NCBI GenBank assembly: GCA_964036045.1
Contig: OZ038378.1
Span: forward strand, 175,336,001-175,400,000
Length of the DNA: 64,000 nt
Origin: Eutreptiella sp. 'Long Island Sound 2002'
Taxonomy: Eukaryota > Protista > Euglenida
Reading direction: 5' to 3'
How positions within the stretch are numbered: the stretch's first letter is position 1; each line of letters opens with the position of its first letter. The translations under genes and the position numbers were made by a program. The notes under the pieces are model-generated. The model was not told the DNA's origin and made no database searches. It worked only from the letters and a program-made list of their open reading frames with translations. This document shows, piece by piece, positions 35,368 to 47,793 of the stretch.

Positions 35368-36375
35368 GAGCAGGTGCAAGGCTCGCATTCGCTCGCGGGC
35401 CTCTGTGAGTAGCACCGAAGAAGCAATGTGTTTTGGATGGAGAGTGTCTTACAGTGGAGGGTGCACATGCTTGTCTCCTGCTTTGATGCGCGGCGCACAC
35501 ACACGCACGGGGGAACTGTAGTTCCGTAGGAATGGAAGTTCCGCCCGGAGTGCGTGTGTGTGTGCCCGATTGACTCCACTGGGGGCGTCTCCCTCCCTGT
35601 TGTAGATAAGTTTTTCTGTGACTGAGGTGCACTGCTCTAGTGCCACCCGCCCAACCCGCCCTCTATTACCGTGACCTTCTCACGGGTATGCGTTCCAGTC
35701 GAACTGTCCTCTGGAGCCTGTGCTCCAGTGACTGTGAGTAGCACCGCTTCTAGGTTTGTATATTCACGGAGAACAAAACACGGCTACACAAAGGTACTTG
35801 CACACCTTTCCATACTACACTTGTTGCGTCGTATGTTTACAATATACGAAAATTGATGGCAATGTTGTACGGGCAATATTACAGTAAAATATATGACATT
35901 CTTACGACATGCACTGACTATGAAGAGCCTGCAGAGACAGGAGACCAGTTCAGTTGGAGACGTTTGCCCGTCCCCCCAAAGTGAAATGTCGTTGCCTAGC
36001 CAAGAAAATGGCAGGACAGGTAAGAATACCGCTATCCACACCAGTGAACCTGCCCCCAACAAAGAAAATGTGCAATAAAGGTAATGTGGATAATGTGAGA
36101 TAATGTGGACCACACAAGGGTGTGGCGATCAGGAGGGGAAACTCAGGCTAGGAATGTATGTAGGTCCTTGTTTGTTGACTACGACACCTGTCCTTGACAG
36201 GGGAGTGCTATGGTATATTCTGTGATTGTACTTAGATACTGAGACTGTCTCTTACTGTTGTAGAACTGTTGCAGCTGTGTCCAAAAAAAAATACAATGCC
36301 ATTGAAAGCAACTATGAAATACACATCCATGAATTCACTACGCACTTGGAACTCCAACTGTGGTTGGCCCCATTC

Positions 36376-39300
36376 ACCTCACAGTGCAATTCACCAATTT
36401 TGGCCAGATCCAATGAGGCTTCCAATTATTTACTGCCTTTTGTTCCGCTATGGAGGAGAAATTTGAAGGTAAGACTCTTGGGTCGTTGTTGCATTGCTTG
36501 AATGTAATGGCAGCTGGCAAAATGGCAGGATTTGATTTGCTCACTGCCTCGTGTGGCGAGGTGCCACTCACAGGTATGCAGCCATTTGCAGTGCATATTC
36601 TGTGCGCATGTTTTCACGGTTCCATCCTTTGAGCCTTCGTGTCTTTTCTGTCCTTCATCTGAAATGTGGGAGTGGAAAAGTGCAATGAGGCACAACGTTT
36701 TGGTGTTCAGGCTGCAGAAGGTCTGGGCAGATATGCGCCGTGCCGTTGCATTCTGCAGGGGGGGCAGGGGTGAGCAACCACGCTAAAGTTATCTCTCCGT
36801 GTGCCTTTTGCAGAGAGGACAATTGGAGACCACACAATGAATGGAAAAGAGGAACAGACAGTGGAGATGAGGCAGACAGTGACCGTGACGGATAATAGGA
36901 CTGGAACCTCGTTTGAGCTGCCAATCCTCGATGGGACTCAGGGACAGTCCGTCATTGACATCACTCAACTGCACTCCAAAAGTGGGCTCTTCACGTACGA
37001 TCCGGGATTCACATGCACCGCCTCATGCAAATCAAGCATTACCTTCATTGATGGGGACAAGGGGATCCTGCAGCACCGGGGCTATGATGTCACATATCTT
37101 GTGGACCACTGTGACTACATGGATGTGTCCTATCTGCTCTTGCATGGGGAGCTGCCTGTGTCCGGCCAACGGAAACAATTCATCAAAAATGTGAGGGCCC
37201 ACACCACTTTAAATGAGCAAGTACGACGTTTTTTGGAGGTGTGCCGCCAAGTCGTGAGTGTGGGGTAGTTGTGCAAGGGTGTGGCTTTCTGCAATGCGAA
37301 TAATGCCCAACCAGGGAGGTCCCAAATGACATCCACGGCTGCAACAGTCGTTCCGTGTCTGTTGGCTGCCACTCTTCGCGCTTCTCTTTCTGGGCCTGCC
37401 TTGCCTCTACTCTTCCAATTCTAGCAAGGTCAGATAAGAGGTTATCAAGAGGTCTTCAACTCCACAGGATACCCGGGAGTACCGAAAGGAGTCATTTTGG
37501 CCAATTTTCATGGGAGAGATGGTGCTTGTGGCGGAAAATGCGCTTCGTCGCTTCGTTCCGGGAGGATTTTGTGCGGGGAGATGAAGGGGGCACCGTAGTG
37601 AATATGGGAAAGGGCGACGGGAAGGGGATGGAACACAGTGGTGCATTTAAGGACCTCTCGCTTCCGTAGCTTGAGTCTCAGCGTGGGCCTTGTTTGCCTT
37701 TCGGCGTTGTGGCTGTGCAGTTGGTTCCGTTCTGATGGTGAAGAAACAATGACCAGATTTCACAAACACCATTTGACATCACGGAAACCATGACGTCCGC
37801 TTTTAAGCAGCACCAATGTAAGGCACAAGCATGTCACCCGAGTATCGTTGTGGATGCGGCACACCCTTCAGAAAACACCGCGCCCTCCCATTCAACGCTT
37901 CTTTTCCCACAGGGGTACACCCCAACCGCCCATCCCATGGCCATCATGCTGGGTACCGTCGGCGCCCTCGCCGCCTTCTACGACAGCAAATGGACGACCG
38001 CCGAGCAGCGTGACCTGGCAGCACACCGCCTCATTGCCAAGATCCCAACGGTCGCTGCCTGGGCGTTTAAGTACTCGCGTGGCGAGCCCTTCGTATACCC
38101 ACAAAACAACTTGTCGTACGCCGAGAACTTCCTCCACATGCTGTTCTCAAGGTATTCTGGGGGCAAGCAGTGGGGTGCAATGGCAGGGAATGCGGTAATG
38201 AGGGCTGTCCTTAAGGAGCGATGCCATTTTTGAAGTTCTGGTTTGCGGACGGGTTGGGAAGGAGAACCTCAGGCTTGTGACGCTTGGAGGGCACCTACGG
38301 TCGATTCGAGGGTAAACCGACGGTGATGAGAGGGTAATGCACGGCGTCATGGAAGCTGGAGGCTTCTTATTTTACTCTTGCAGAGAGCCTTGGTGTTAGG
38401 CAATTGGTGGCAGTCCATTGTTGTGGATGAGTTGGTGGGTGTGGTTGCTGGTGGTGGTGTAGTGGGTCATTGGTTCCTTGCGACGTGTGCATTTAAGGAA
38501 TCTCTGTTCCGTGAAGATTGAAGACGTGTGAAGGACACAAGTGTTGCCCGCGTGCAGCATTCGGAGAAACAGGAACAGTGCGCAGTGATAGCAGTGCACG
38601 TGCCAGCGACATCATGGATGAAGAAAGATAGCGCATCTTGTGCACACGCGCATCAGAAGGGCATAACGAGCCACGGAGGGGAGCACAAGCAATAACTTCC
38701 TCCGTGGTATGGGGTCGGGTGCCTCTGGCTCGAATCGGCAGTGACCCGCCGACTCTCTTGTGCATAGGCCAATGCGACTGCGGTTGCGTGCAAAGCAGGG
38801 CTGTTCTTCTAGAACCAGCTTTGTTTTGGCCCCCACGAACCGCCCGTCAGGACAGCTAGCGAGGTCCGCCAACTTCCGGCCGTAAGCGGCTAAACGTCAT
38901 CGGTTTCCCGCTGGCGGTTGCTGACAAACCACGGACTGTGGCCCGCCAATCGCTGCCGGTTGAGTGCTGTCCTGTGCTACATTTTCTGCGAAGCGTCTTG
39001 AAGCGGTGTCCTCAACCGGAAAGCAGTTGGCAGCTGGCCTACCGAGTTTGACGTCCAGCTGACGGTGGCAATCCACCGACGACGGTTGGCGGGGCAGTTG
39101 GCGGTTAACGGATGGCAGTTGGCGATAGAAGTTGGTTGGTGGTCAGCGACGGCAATTGGGTTCACAGCAAAAAAAAGGGGGGGGGGAGTGGAGCAGAACA
39201 ACATGAAAACGAAGAAATACGGAAAACACGGATAGGCTTGGTTGGGATGCCCCAAACGAGAAAAAAAAGCCAGAAATATTGCCTCAACCACAACCCTACA

Positions 39301-42300
39301 CTGGCTTGATTTGTGCAGCCCCTGCGAGCCCTACCGCGTGGACCCCGTGCTCGCCAAAGCCATGGACGTGATCCTGATCATCCATGCCGACCACGAACAG
39401 AACATGTCGACCTCGACCGTGCGGACCGCAGGCTCCTCCCTCGCCAACCCATTTGCGTGCATCGCGTCTGGGATCGCGTCACTGTGGGGGCCGGCCCACG
39501 GGGGGGCCAACGAGGCTGTGATCCTGATGCTGGAGGAGATTGGGTCGGCCGAGAACATCCCGAAGTACATTGCAAAGGCCAAGGACCATGACGACCCCTT
39601 CCGGCTGATGGGCTTCGGCCACAGAGTGTACAAGAACTTCGACCCAAGAGCCAAGGTCATGCAAGCGCTGTGTCACAAGGTATGGTGCAGATGGTTGCCA
39701 CGTCGTTGTGCGCCACAGCCTTGCGTGCCGGTGCCTTGCAGAAAGGGGAATTCATTTTTTTTTCAAGGCTTTAGAACCCACTTTGGTCACATTTCTTCTG
39801 GTATTTGGAAGCAAGGGCCAACAATGACCAACCAACCAGATTCTGGTCTATGCCCAGGCTGCTGCCTATTCACGTTGTCAGAAACCTGCTGTCATTTCAT
39901 CCAAAAGTGAGGTAACATGAGGTATTCAGATGCGGAGGAGAGCCAGCCCTTGACAAAACCATTACTTCGAGACATTGTCCAATAAGTGTTGTCAATTACA
40001 AGCCATCCTCCCAAATAACCCTGAACTGACCAGTGGACAAACCTCCTCAAAGGGGGTCAAGGCCCCACCCAGCCTATGTGGGGAGGCCACTCCCACACAA
40101 TACCTCACGGAGCAACAACCAAACAAAACAATGTGGTACAATACCTTGAAAAAAAATTATGCGTGCGTCCCGCTTCCGGGCTCCCACGCAGAGCCTGAAG
40201 TGGCCCTCTGCAGGGTTCCGGGGGCAGGGAGGGGGTCTCGAGATAGGTGTTTGCGTAAGGGACGGGGGATCTATTGCGTTCTCAAACAGGTTGTTCAACT
40301 TCTTAGTACCGCGGAAGGAAAATATTGTTGTGGAGGCAGGGATATGTCATTCTGAAATTCTGGAAGAACCGGGCCTTCCAATGCAATTCCGGTCGATTTG
40401 AATCACCAGTACGTTGATTTTCCGGTTGCCACATGGTCCGCACCTTTGGTCACTGGCCAGGCTCTGGCCTCTGCTGTGATGAACACATCTTGACCTTGCT
40501 GTAGTTGGAACACCTGCGACATGGTTCCATTTAGTGAAAGTGTGCTGAGGGCTACAGGGTAACACTCAATCCATGGTCTTTCACGCAGCTACAAAATGTC
40601 ATTATGTTAGATTCTAGCTAGCACCCAGGTCTTCTATCACCATAGCTGTGTAAATGCGTGGGTTTCTGCTACTGTTCTGGCCCATTGCACTACCCCAGTC
40701 ATGACCTATGCCTGCAGATGTATGGGAAGGTGGTGAAGGTGGTTTGCTGTGGGGGCTCTCGCCTTGCGGCGCTTGCGGCGTGCCATTCAGCGCTTTTGCA
40801 GTGTGAATAATTCCATCCTGGTATGAATGTGTGTGGACAAAGAACTCGCTGCTACCCCAGTCGTACAACAGGCACCCATCAGGAATGCTGTGCCAAGACA
40901 CTGGGATGCGGAGTTGTGTGCATGAGGGTGTGGGTTGCGACACCACGGCAAGGAAAGGAAGGTGAGGCGATTGCCCTTTGGTGTTGGGTGCTTTTGTACC
41001 ATTTTGATCACACCATCTGCCTGCCCAACCCTGCCCCACCCAAAGACGCTGAGATTCTTCAGTTGTAGAATCCATGGTGAAGGAGGAGGGTGGGAATTAG
41101 GACCATGGGGCCTGGGATGGGGATGGACGGGTCAGGTCAGGGGTCCCTTCAGTGTGCATGTCCCGAGCATAGCTGCTAGGGCAGGGGCAATCGGTGCAAT
41201 CTGATGCTGAGTAATGGAGGTGTTGTCAGCGGACTGGCACATTCTTTCTGTCAGGGCCAGCCCTACAGGAACAGCATTCATTTACAGCCAATGGTACATG
41301 GAATTTCGATGGACGTTATCTTGTTTGTGACTCCTGCTGACTGCTTGGCATATCCGGATTCAGGCTGCCATTTCTGCGCTACCATTTCTTGCAGATTCTC
41401 AGGCACACGGGTATTCAAGACCCCTTGCTCAACTTGGCCATGGCTTTGGAGAAGGTTGCCCTTGAAGATGAATATTTTGTGAAGAGGAAGTTGTATCCCA
41501 ATGTAGATTTCTATTCTGGCCTCGTGTTCCGGGCCCTGGGATTCCCAACCTCCATGTTCACAGTGTTGTTCACCGTTGGGCGTATTGCCGGCTGGGTTGC
41601 ACAGTGGAAGGAGATGATGCAGGATCCTAAGCATCGCATCGTCCGTCCGCGGCAATTGTACGTGGGGAAGACATCACGTGATGATGATGCCAACTGTGCT
41701 GAGGGACTGGAGACACGCTGCTGAGATGGGTCCAGGATCACTGGTGGCGTGAATTGATGGATTGACGGTGCCTGCTGAGGTTCTATGACCCCGGAACAGC
41801 TCAGGGAAGCACAGTCGCAGTGCGCGCGCGGTGTGCCCATGGCGCTGTTGCTTGCGGAAGAGGGCAAATATGAGGGAAATTTCAGCAGGGTGCATCTTGG
41901 AGTGTAGATTGAGGCACGAAGGATGAAGCCGAGTGGGGAGGCGCAGAGGCTGGCATGGGGGAGGGGCCAAGCAACTTGGGCTTGGCTGGCCTTGGGGATT
42001 TAGCTGCCTGCGCCACTGACGAGGAGAGCCTTCATCCGAAGGCAAAGGCAAAAGTCTAGGGCCCCAGGCAGCCGGTCATTGAGTGAGGGATGATGGAGTG
42101 CCTCAACAGGTGCGTGTGCTGCTAACGCGAGTGCGGGTGCACCCCTCATCTTGCGAGTACCCCTTCCTTTTGGTAGGGGCTGCGCGTGGTGGGGGGGCAG
42201 GAGCCATCGCTTCGTTATGCCCTGTTCCGGTCTGGTACGAGCTTCTGCGGTGCAGATCCAATCCCTATACACATTGGGGCGGTCCGTCCCTTCTATGTGC

Positions 42301-45300
42301 CTGTGCCTTGGGCTTTGCACAAGATGCGGCATGGGCCCACCCCCATTGCGGACAAGGGAATCCTGCAAACTCGCAAATTGCACTGCTGATTGGTGGCTTC
42401 ATTCTGCGGTCCCTTTTGTCTCTCGCTACATCTCTTCTGGCGACCGGTCATCCAGTGAAACTGGACTGCCCTCTGTTTTTGAGGCTTTTGTGCCGTCATT
42501 CACAGGCTGTCCGCGCCGTTTGAGGTCAGGGTAGGAGCAGGAGGGGATCCCTGTTCTGTTCCACCCAGACCCCCTTACCCCAACTCCCCTCTTCTCATGT
42601 CTATTTCAGCTTTGAAGCTGACTGGGGGAGGTTCTTGAGAGGACTTCATCAGCGTAATGAGAAGTGTTTGCTCGGATATATACCATCAGATGGGATCTCT
42701 CCCCCAAGACGCGAAACAGTCTTTCTGGTAGTCTCGATACCGCTCTTGCCGGTGCTGGCCCCCGATTCCTGCGCGCAGGAGACCACCCGGCGTGGCTTGA
42801 TATTTTTAATCTGCGATTGTAGAGTGCATTCAATAGGGTGTGTTCCTGAGGATTTCTCAGTCGAGCTCACACTGCGAGTGTGCAGATGCAGGATCAGCGC
42901 GGTGCACAACTGCTGTACACAGCAGCCGGATTTTCGTGATTTTTCAGTGCCGTCTGCCCAGGACTGCCTTCAGTACCTTGGAGCACTACGCCGCTTGGTC
43001 ATGCACGCAGTGTCCCCAGCGGCACACAGATGTCTTTGCACGCAACCTTTGTAGGTCACACCCCAACCACAGTGCACCGAAGAGCTCCAGAAGTAGGCAG
43101 TCGTACACATGATCCCCCTGGTGCCCCTGGGGCTCACAGACCTTTGCCACATGTGTAACACCACCAGTGGTGCCCAGCGTTACACATCAAAGAATCGCTG
43201 CAGCCCGGAGCACCACTGATTGGGCCATTTGTGTTCACTCTCCTGGAGGAGTAGGCACGGCTGTTGGGGCTGCACCACTCAGGTATACCGACGAAGTTTC
43301 CGTGTGCACCAGCTGACCATGGCTGTTCCACAGCCTGCGTACTGCTGTCTGGCCGGTGCACCCCCTACCTCTTGTCCTGCAGCCTCTGTGTTTTATTGCT
43401 GTCAATGTGATCTTCCAAGAACCGCAGGTCTTAGGAATGTGTTATCGACGAAAGAGTGGTTCTGTGCAAAGAACATTCATTCAGATTTTGGTGCCTGTTG
43501 TCGCCAGAGATTGTTGCTATGGGGTTTGAAGGTCCCCTGTGTCGACCAGCGCCCCCTCTTGATTGCTCACTTGCATAGCATGCACAGATGGGCGGTGATA
43601 CGCATTTTAAACGGGGCGCACCTCCAGTAAGACAGAGGGTGTTTGATAACTGTGTACTACACAAAGTACCAAATTCGAGATGACAACACCTCCCTAAGTG
43701 GCTGCAAGGGTTCCATTTTATTTAAGGAAGCATTTGTGGTCCTTGACCACCAGGTGTCATATTTTGTTTAAAGAGAAACAAGAAAATTCGATTCGATTGA
43801 ACCTGAGACAATTTTTCAAACCGGTACGTCTTCGGTACCGATGTTTCACAATTTTGCTTCTAATTGTTGAAACACGTGCAGTGAAATGCATGCGAAGGAT
43901 GAAAACCCTGGCGGGCTCAACATCTGTTTCAAAGTGATTCGCAGACGCGATAGTCTCAAAGCAGAAAATGTATTTGATTCACAGCAAATGGGCAACAGTG
44001 CATGAAAACCTGAGCCTGCAACACTGCACAGGTCACTGCATGCAAGCCAAAATTCGAAATCAGACGACCAAGTAAAACATTGACTGGTGAAGTTGGTCAG
44101 CCAACTCACTGCATGGGACCAAAAAGCTGTGACCCCAGAGGGGCTTCGTAGCAGAACCAAATCTGCGGCATTTGGGAGTGAGAATAGACCAACAAATGCT
44201 TGCGACGCTGAAGGCTGCAATCATCCAACTCAACATTGCCACATGTTGTGAATTGAATGGGGGGAGTTGACTGAGACCCACTATTACAAAAGCAGTTTCG
44301 ACCCATTCCCTCAGGTTGAGGAAACATGATTTTTGATTAATTAGTTCATTGGGTGGGAGGAGAACCCCTCCTCCCCTCCACCATTTTCTCTTTGACAACG
44401 AGGCCTGTCATAGGCCCCAATCCCAAGGCTCGAGGTATCCGCTGGAATTAGTACCTCCTGGAAGCCTCTACCGTGTTGCAAACAGGTTGCAATGGGCGGT
44501 CAACACAGTGGTGTGTGCAGCAGGGGAAAATTGTCAGATCCCCATCTCGTGCCAAGAGTTGGAGGGTTTCAAAGTAAATAGGGCCACGCCAGTGGCTACT
44601 CGAAGGCAAGCAACAAGGACAGCACAAAACATGAACAACTAGCTCTACAAGCCAGATTGCATGCCTCTCTTTTTGGAGCATTTCTGAGTAGATGGCACGG
44701 CAAACCTAGGTGACATCCATTATTACTACCAAAGAAGGCACAATGAGATGTTTATTCATGGAGCCAGTCATTCACACATAGTTTGAAACAATATTGACTG
44801 GTGCATTTTGCACAATCGTAGGCTGCTATTGGAACACATTGAGTTAGCCTCACCACCATCCAAAGAATTTGTTGCCAAAAGGCCGTGTAGGCAGTGCATG
44901 GGGTTTTTCCGTGGCTGTAGGTTTGGTGTTTTTTGGGTTCTGAGAAAATTATGACCAATCGCCAGAGCATGTAGTGCTTGCTATGTGCCCTGTGGCATGT
45001 GAGTGTACCTCCCAATGTACAATCTGTCATTAGCACAGTTGACTATTTGTAGCAACAATATGTTTGGCCTCACAGTTCCAAGGTATTTAGCATATATGCC
45101 GTGTGTGATACCGTCTGATTTTTTCTAGCCGTGGAGCCTTTAGCTCTGTCGGTGCCGAAGGCTCTTTACCACGCACTCCCACTCGGACACAAGGATGAAT
45201 ATTTCAGCATTTAAGCCCAAGGCCTATACTCCATGAACAAATGCACCTTCTCCCTCCCTCCCTCCCTCCCTCCCTCTCTCTCTCTCTATCTCTCTTCCTG

Positions 45301-45552
45301 TGATTTCTTTTATGTGAGATGGCCATGCCCTAGGGAACACTGAAATCCGTCATATCCCCAATGCGGAAGAAGCATAAAATTTTTTTCGTCAAACAACAAT
45401 GATGCGCTTAGTATATGTTTTGTAGTACAACAAGACACACAAATAGTTGCACTGTGTGCGCAGCGTGCTCAGAGCGCCCACCCAAATTCACCCATTGTCA
45501 CCCATTTTCACCCTTTTTCACACGTTCTGCTCGTTTTTGCCGCACGTTCTGT
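36376..45552. repeat. Segmental duplication, copy 1 (about 9.18 kb)
   Basis: Nearly identical to 47794-56969 (offset 11418, then 11417 after a 1-bp indel near 40866/52284); only scattered SNPs seen by eye. Confidence 0.95.
36837..41724 (+). CDS. gltA: Citrate synthase, bacterial type II (GltA-like), copy 1; 4 exons, 443 aa
   Basis: GT-AG exons 36837-37238, 37913-38151, 39319-39679 and 41395-41724 join in frame (1332 nt). Motifs [45 protein letters not shown] and YPNVDFYSG; catalytic His, His and Asp are intact. Confidence 0.93.
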
Positions 45553-45992
45553 CTGTTGTGAGGTCCACGTTGCGCTGTTTGGTCAGCCGGCTGCACGAGG
45601 CTTTTTGGCCTTCCTGCCAGGCTCATCGCGGCTCATCTGCACCCACTTTACACCTCCAGAGTGCACTCTTTAGCGCACCAAAGGTTTCTGTGGTGCATTG
45701 GGGGAAGCAACAGCCCGTTGAGTGAATTTGTATGCGGACATGGTAGCTGCCTGTTGACAAAAAGAGGAAGCAAGCAACACCGACCCTGTCCGAAACGGAC
45801 GACAATTTCAGACACGTCATCAGTACAGCATGCACACCCAGGGTTTTCCAAATAGCCTTTTTCAAGGGCTTTCCAAATATACCCCACATCCCCCCCCCCC
45901 CCCGGGGGCACACATTGCGCACAAATAACGCAACAATCACGACGACCACCGAAAACCCACTGAGTTGGTGCAATCCCCACCGTTCCCGAGAG

Positions 45993-46294
45993 AATTGTTG
46001 AAGCACGTGCAATGAAATGCATGCGAAGGATGAAAACACTGGCGGGCTCTGTTTCAAAGTGATTCCCAAACGCAACAATCTCAAAGCGGAAAATGTAATT
46101 GATTCACAGCAAATGGCAACAGTGCATGAAAACCTGAGCCTGTAACACTGCACAGGTCACTGCATGCAAGCCAAAATTCGAAATCAGACGGCCAAGTAAA
46201 ACATTGACTGGTGAAGTTGGTCAGCCAACTCACTGCATGGGACCAAAGAGCTGTGACCCCAGAGGGGCTTCGCAGCAGAACCAAATCTGCGGCA
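45993..46294. repeat. Diverged third copy of a 300-bp segment also at 43863-44170 and about 55280-55587
   Basis: Clear alignment with several substitutions and small indels; reads as degenerate protein-like sequence with stops. Confidence 0.85.
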
Positions 46295-46520
46295 CTTGCG
46301 GCTCTATGGCCTTCTACGTCTGACTGTGCCTTCGTCTTGTGTTTTCTGAGTGTGGGGGGGGGATAGCTTCCTCGCGGGCAGAACCGGGTCCTGTCAGCAG
46401 TGCCCACTCTGGGCGACACTGCTTTTCGGCCAGGTGTTTTTTTCTGCTGGGTAATGTACAGGGGGGGGGGGGGGGGCAGAAGAATTCCCTCCCTGGCGTG
46501 CACAACAAACGTGGTTGCAA

Positions 46521-46941
46521 GAGCTCGCATTCACTCGCGAGTTTTCTGTGAGCGTGCACTGAAGAATAAGTGCAGAGAGAGCATAGTGCCTCTAATGGAA
46601 CCGGCTTTGTTGCTTTGTCGTGTCACCTGACGTCCCGCGCGTGCGCACTCCCGGCGGAACTGTAGTTCCGAAGGAACGTAAGTTCCAAACGGGGGGAGGG
46701 TGCATGCGCAAGAGTGGGTGAGTGGTATGGAGTCCCTTTCTTCCCTCTGTCAGTCGTTATTTTTCTGTGCCCCATATTCGTTTGCCATGCCTCTCCCACC
46801 CACCCGCCCTCTACCTCCTTTCTATGAGCGTGCACTGAAGAATAAGTGCAGAGAGAGCATAGTGCCTCTAATGAATGGAGCCGGCTTTGTTGCTTTGTTG
46901 TGTCACCTGACGTCCCGCGCGTGCGCACTCCCGGCGGAACT
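46521..46941 (+). mobile_element. Solo 3' terminus (B1-A2-B2) of a sister YR-retrotransposon family
   Basis: B1 46549-46661 and B2 46825-46941 are near-identical and both end ...GGCGGAACT. B1 runs into GTAGTTCCGAAGGAA as in the full element. Shared landmarks are GCTCGCATTC.CTCGCG, TTTTTCTGTG and C(A)CCCGCCCTCTA. No ORFs. Confidence 0.8.
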
Positions 46942-47793
46942 CAAGGCAACATTCAGCACTAATCTGGTTTGCGCTGCAGAGCAGCAAGGATGACCATATG
47001 CTTGTGACACGGGGGTGTATGCGAGCTCTGTATCTGTTGCTTCATGGCCCTCTGCACCGCCCCATCCAGCTCATCTCAGGCATCCAATGTAGCAGTCTGA
47101 TTGAAATTGAGCAATTCAGTGAATTGAATTGTTCATGACTCTGTCAAAGGCAACAGTCAGTACCAGATCAGCATGGCTCAGGTTTCATATGGAAGGAGCC
47201 AAAGAACATTCTTATTGAACTCAAGCGATTCAGTGAATTGTTCATGGCCCTAGCTAATTGGCCAAATGGGACTATGCCACTGCGATATATTGAGGCGTGC
47301 ATGGTGCAGAATCTGTGAATCTGTTGTAGCAGTCCTGTGCCCATTGCCTACGCTTTTGCTACGTGATTGCCTGAAGAAGGATTTCACAATCCACGAGGTA
47401 TGATGATTCGAAAAATTATCCCTCACCCCCCTCCCATAAGCAGCAACCATGTCCAAGCATTAGATGTGGGTTGTGTCACTTCTTGCACCATGTGTCTGGC
47501 AGTTTGTTTTATTTCTATCAATTGCAATCCATTGCTTTGTGTACGCTGTGGTGAAGTTAGATTGCTGAATGGGCAAAATTTGTAATAAGGAACCGGATGA
47601 GGGTTGATAGTGTTTGCAGATTGTTTTTGGCGTGTTGATTTTGAGAGCAGTGCCCCATGTTTTTAAAGTTATGACGTCTGATACATCAGCAACGCTATTG
47701 TTCCAGCCATACAAGGTATTGGTTCCGTTATTTTGGCACCTGTGCTGTTGTACAGACGGTGGGGGGGGGGGTTGAGTGTGAATTCCAGGATTA

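Larger units (their letters stand above)
30840..35746 (+). mobile_element. Tyrosine-recombinase (DIRS-order, VIPER/TATE-like gene order) retrotransposon with split direct repeats
   Basis: A1 30840-30972 equals A2 35513-35645 (133 bp, 1 mismatch). The B start CTGTGAGTAGCACCG occurs at 35403 and 35732. Order is A1-gag-YR-RT/RH-B1-A2-B2. The element is flanked by a 31-bp direct repeat (30813-30843 and 35744-35774). Confidence 0.9.

Noticed and set aside
37355-39310. Numerous 60-130 aa ORFs within the citrate synthase introns and their duplicates
   Set aside because: No domain motifs; identical in both copies only because the duplication is recent.
43330-43480. CQCD...KEWFCAK as a PHD-finger remnant
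   Set aside because: The required His/Cys ligands are missing; chance resemblance cannot be excluded.
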